A stretch of 46,717 nucleotides of DNA from positions 1-46,717 of the IMG/VR virus record IMGVR_UViG_3300025723_000063. One strand, 5' to 3'. The position numbers and the translations under genes are program-made. Below, piece by piece: positions 45,633 through 46,717 of this stretch; position 1 is the stretch's first letter, and each line of letters begins with the position of its first letter. Below the pieces are notes generated by a model. That model was not told the origin of the DNA. It ran no database searches and worked only from the letters and a program-made list of their open reading frames with translations. Origin of the DNA: a virus. Its lineage: Duplodnaviria; Caudoviricetes.

Positions 45633-46717
45633 TACTTCTTCTCCTTCAACTGACGAACAATGTCCTTCAGGTTCTTTGCATGGTGCGCAGGCGCTCGTTT
45701 GATGGCCTCGTACAGGTTTTCAGTGGCCTTCTTTAGGTCGTTGAGGCCCAAGTAGCAGTAGCCAAGGCGCTCGTAGGGAGCGTAGGTGTAATGCGGCAGG
45801 TGCGTCGGCTGCACTCGTCGGATGTCGGGTTCCATTCCTGAAGCGGCTCGGTAGTACGGCAGCGCACGGTTGAACTTCTCCTTGCCGAACTCCAAATCAC
45901 CAAGGTACATGTACGCCTCTGGGCGAGTTGCGTCGTGGAGCATCGAGCGAAGCAGGTTCTCACGTTCCTTTTCCTCGTTCTTCAACTGGTGAAATGCCCG
46001 TGCCGCCGTCAAGTACGCCTGACCAAAAGTGAAGTTGTCAAGTGGCAACTTGTACAGTTCGTCAATGCTCTCCGCAATGTCCTCGTAGCGACCAAGCACT
46101 TCCAAATCACCAAGACGCAGGAACGTACTGCGCTCAACGTCACGCCCCTCTGCTATGCACTTCTCGATAATGCGCAGATTGCGCTCTGAGGCGACTTCCA
46201 TTCCACCTTCGGGGTCGTCAATCACAAGCAAATCATCCAAAATGGCGCTGGGGCTGTCCATCCACAGTTCCTCGTGAATCGCAAACCGCCATCGGGGGTT
46301 TCCCGACATCTTGAAGATACGAGGCTGGTTGATTGTGTATTTCACCTCATTCTTGTCGTCCTTCTTGCGGTTCAAGACGCTCCAAATCACGTTGACAGGC
46401 GAGTTCGGGTCGTTTACGGCTGGCTGCTTCTTTATCCACTCGAACCGCTTGATGGTTTCTGGTGAAAGAACGTCTCCAGCGTCAAGCCAGAGTGCCCAGT
46501 CCCCCGTTACCTGTTCCAAAGCAGCGTTTCGTGCGGCAGCGAAGTCATCAATCCACTCAAAGGTTGAGACTTTCGCCCCGTAACTCTCTGCCAGTGAAAT
46601 CGTGCCGTCGGTGCTGCCCGTGTCCACGATGATGATTTCGTCCACGAAGGACTTGACGCTATCGAGGGTGCGAGCCAACTTGTGCTCGGCATCCTTGACA
46701 ATCATGTGCAGTGACCA
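45632..46717 (-). CDS. GT2 glycosyltransferase with TPR repeats, paralogue (5' end outside window)
   Basis: Frame open to window edge (WSLHMIVKD); IVDTGSTDGT, WIDDFAAARN, WLDAGD, AIHE, RNLRII; TPRs. Confidence 0.9.
   Translation of the reverse strand, partial: WSLHMIVKDAEHKLARTLDSVKSFVDEIIIVDTGSTDGTISLAESYGAKVSTFEWIDDFAAARNAALEQVTGDWALWLDAGDVLSPETIKRFEWIKKQPAVNDPNSPVNVIWSVLNRKKDDKNEVKYTINQPRIFKMSGNPRWRFAIHEELWMDSPSAILDDLLVIDDPEGGMEVASERNLRIIEKCIAEGRDVERSTFLRLGDLEVLGRYEDIAESIDELYKLPLDNFTFGQAYLTAARAFHQLKNEEKERENLLRSMLHDATRPEAYMYLGDLEFGKEKFNRALPYYRAASGMEPDIRRVQPTHLPHYTYAPYERLGYCYLGLNDLKKATENLYEAIKRAPAHHAKNLKDIVRQLKEKK

Noticed and set aside
1-46717. Stop-codon reassignment, tRNA genes, integrase/att site
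   Set aside because: ORFs tile densely under the standard code using all three stops; no cloverleaf or recombinase motif seen

Overview
A 46.7-kb piece of a tailed dsDNA phage genome, GC roughly 58-60% by eye. An actinobacterial host is inferred from leaderless TANNNT-N6-7-ATG starts and SigA/HrdB-type promoters. Gene order: end of tail module and holin-like genes (1-8.4 kb); a leftward putative early island with a Mu Gam-like gene (8.5-10.6 kb); replication/recombination genes (Sak4-like ATPase, initiator with internal iterons, G39P-like loader, RusA-like resolvase, HARP/SNF2 helicase); a family of Ala/His-rich proteins sharing an N-terminal tag; accessory enzymes (ABC-ATPase-GNAT fusion, double-ParB protein, dNMP kinase, GP88, COLGALT1-like glycosyltransferase, methyltransferase, several nucleases); TerS and a TerL split into two ORFs; a second putative early island with an HTH-amidoligase plus class II glutamine amidotransferase; two GT2-TPR glycosyltransferases. 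Main unexplained signals: (1) about 59 copies of the non-palindromic octamer RGTGAAAT, absent from both putative early islands; (2) a shared M-x(1-2)-[DG]F[TS]T-x2-LL N-terminal tag with putative Lys cleavage motifs on five proteins; (3) a conserved early promoter architecture (TGTCACA spacer box plus CCAACTGA leader box); (4) apparent absence of GATC, CCGG, CGCG and AGCT. All counts are by eye, family calls come from remembered motifs, and no database search was run. No tRNA, rRNA, CRISPR array or integrase was seen.
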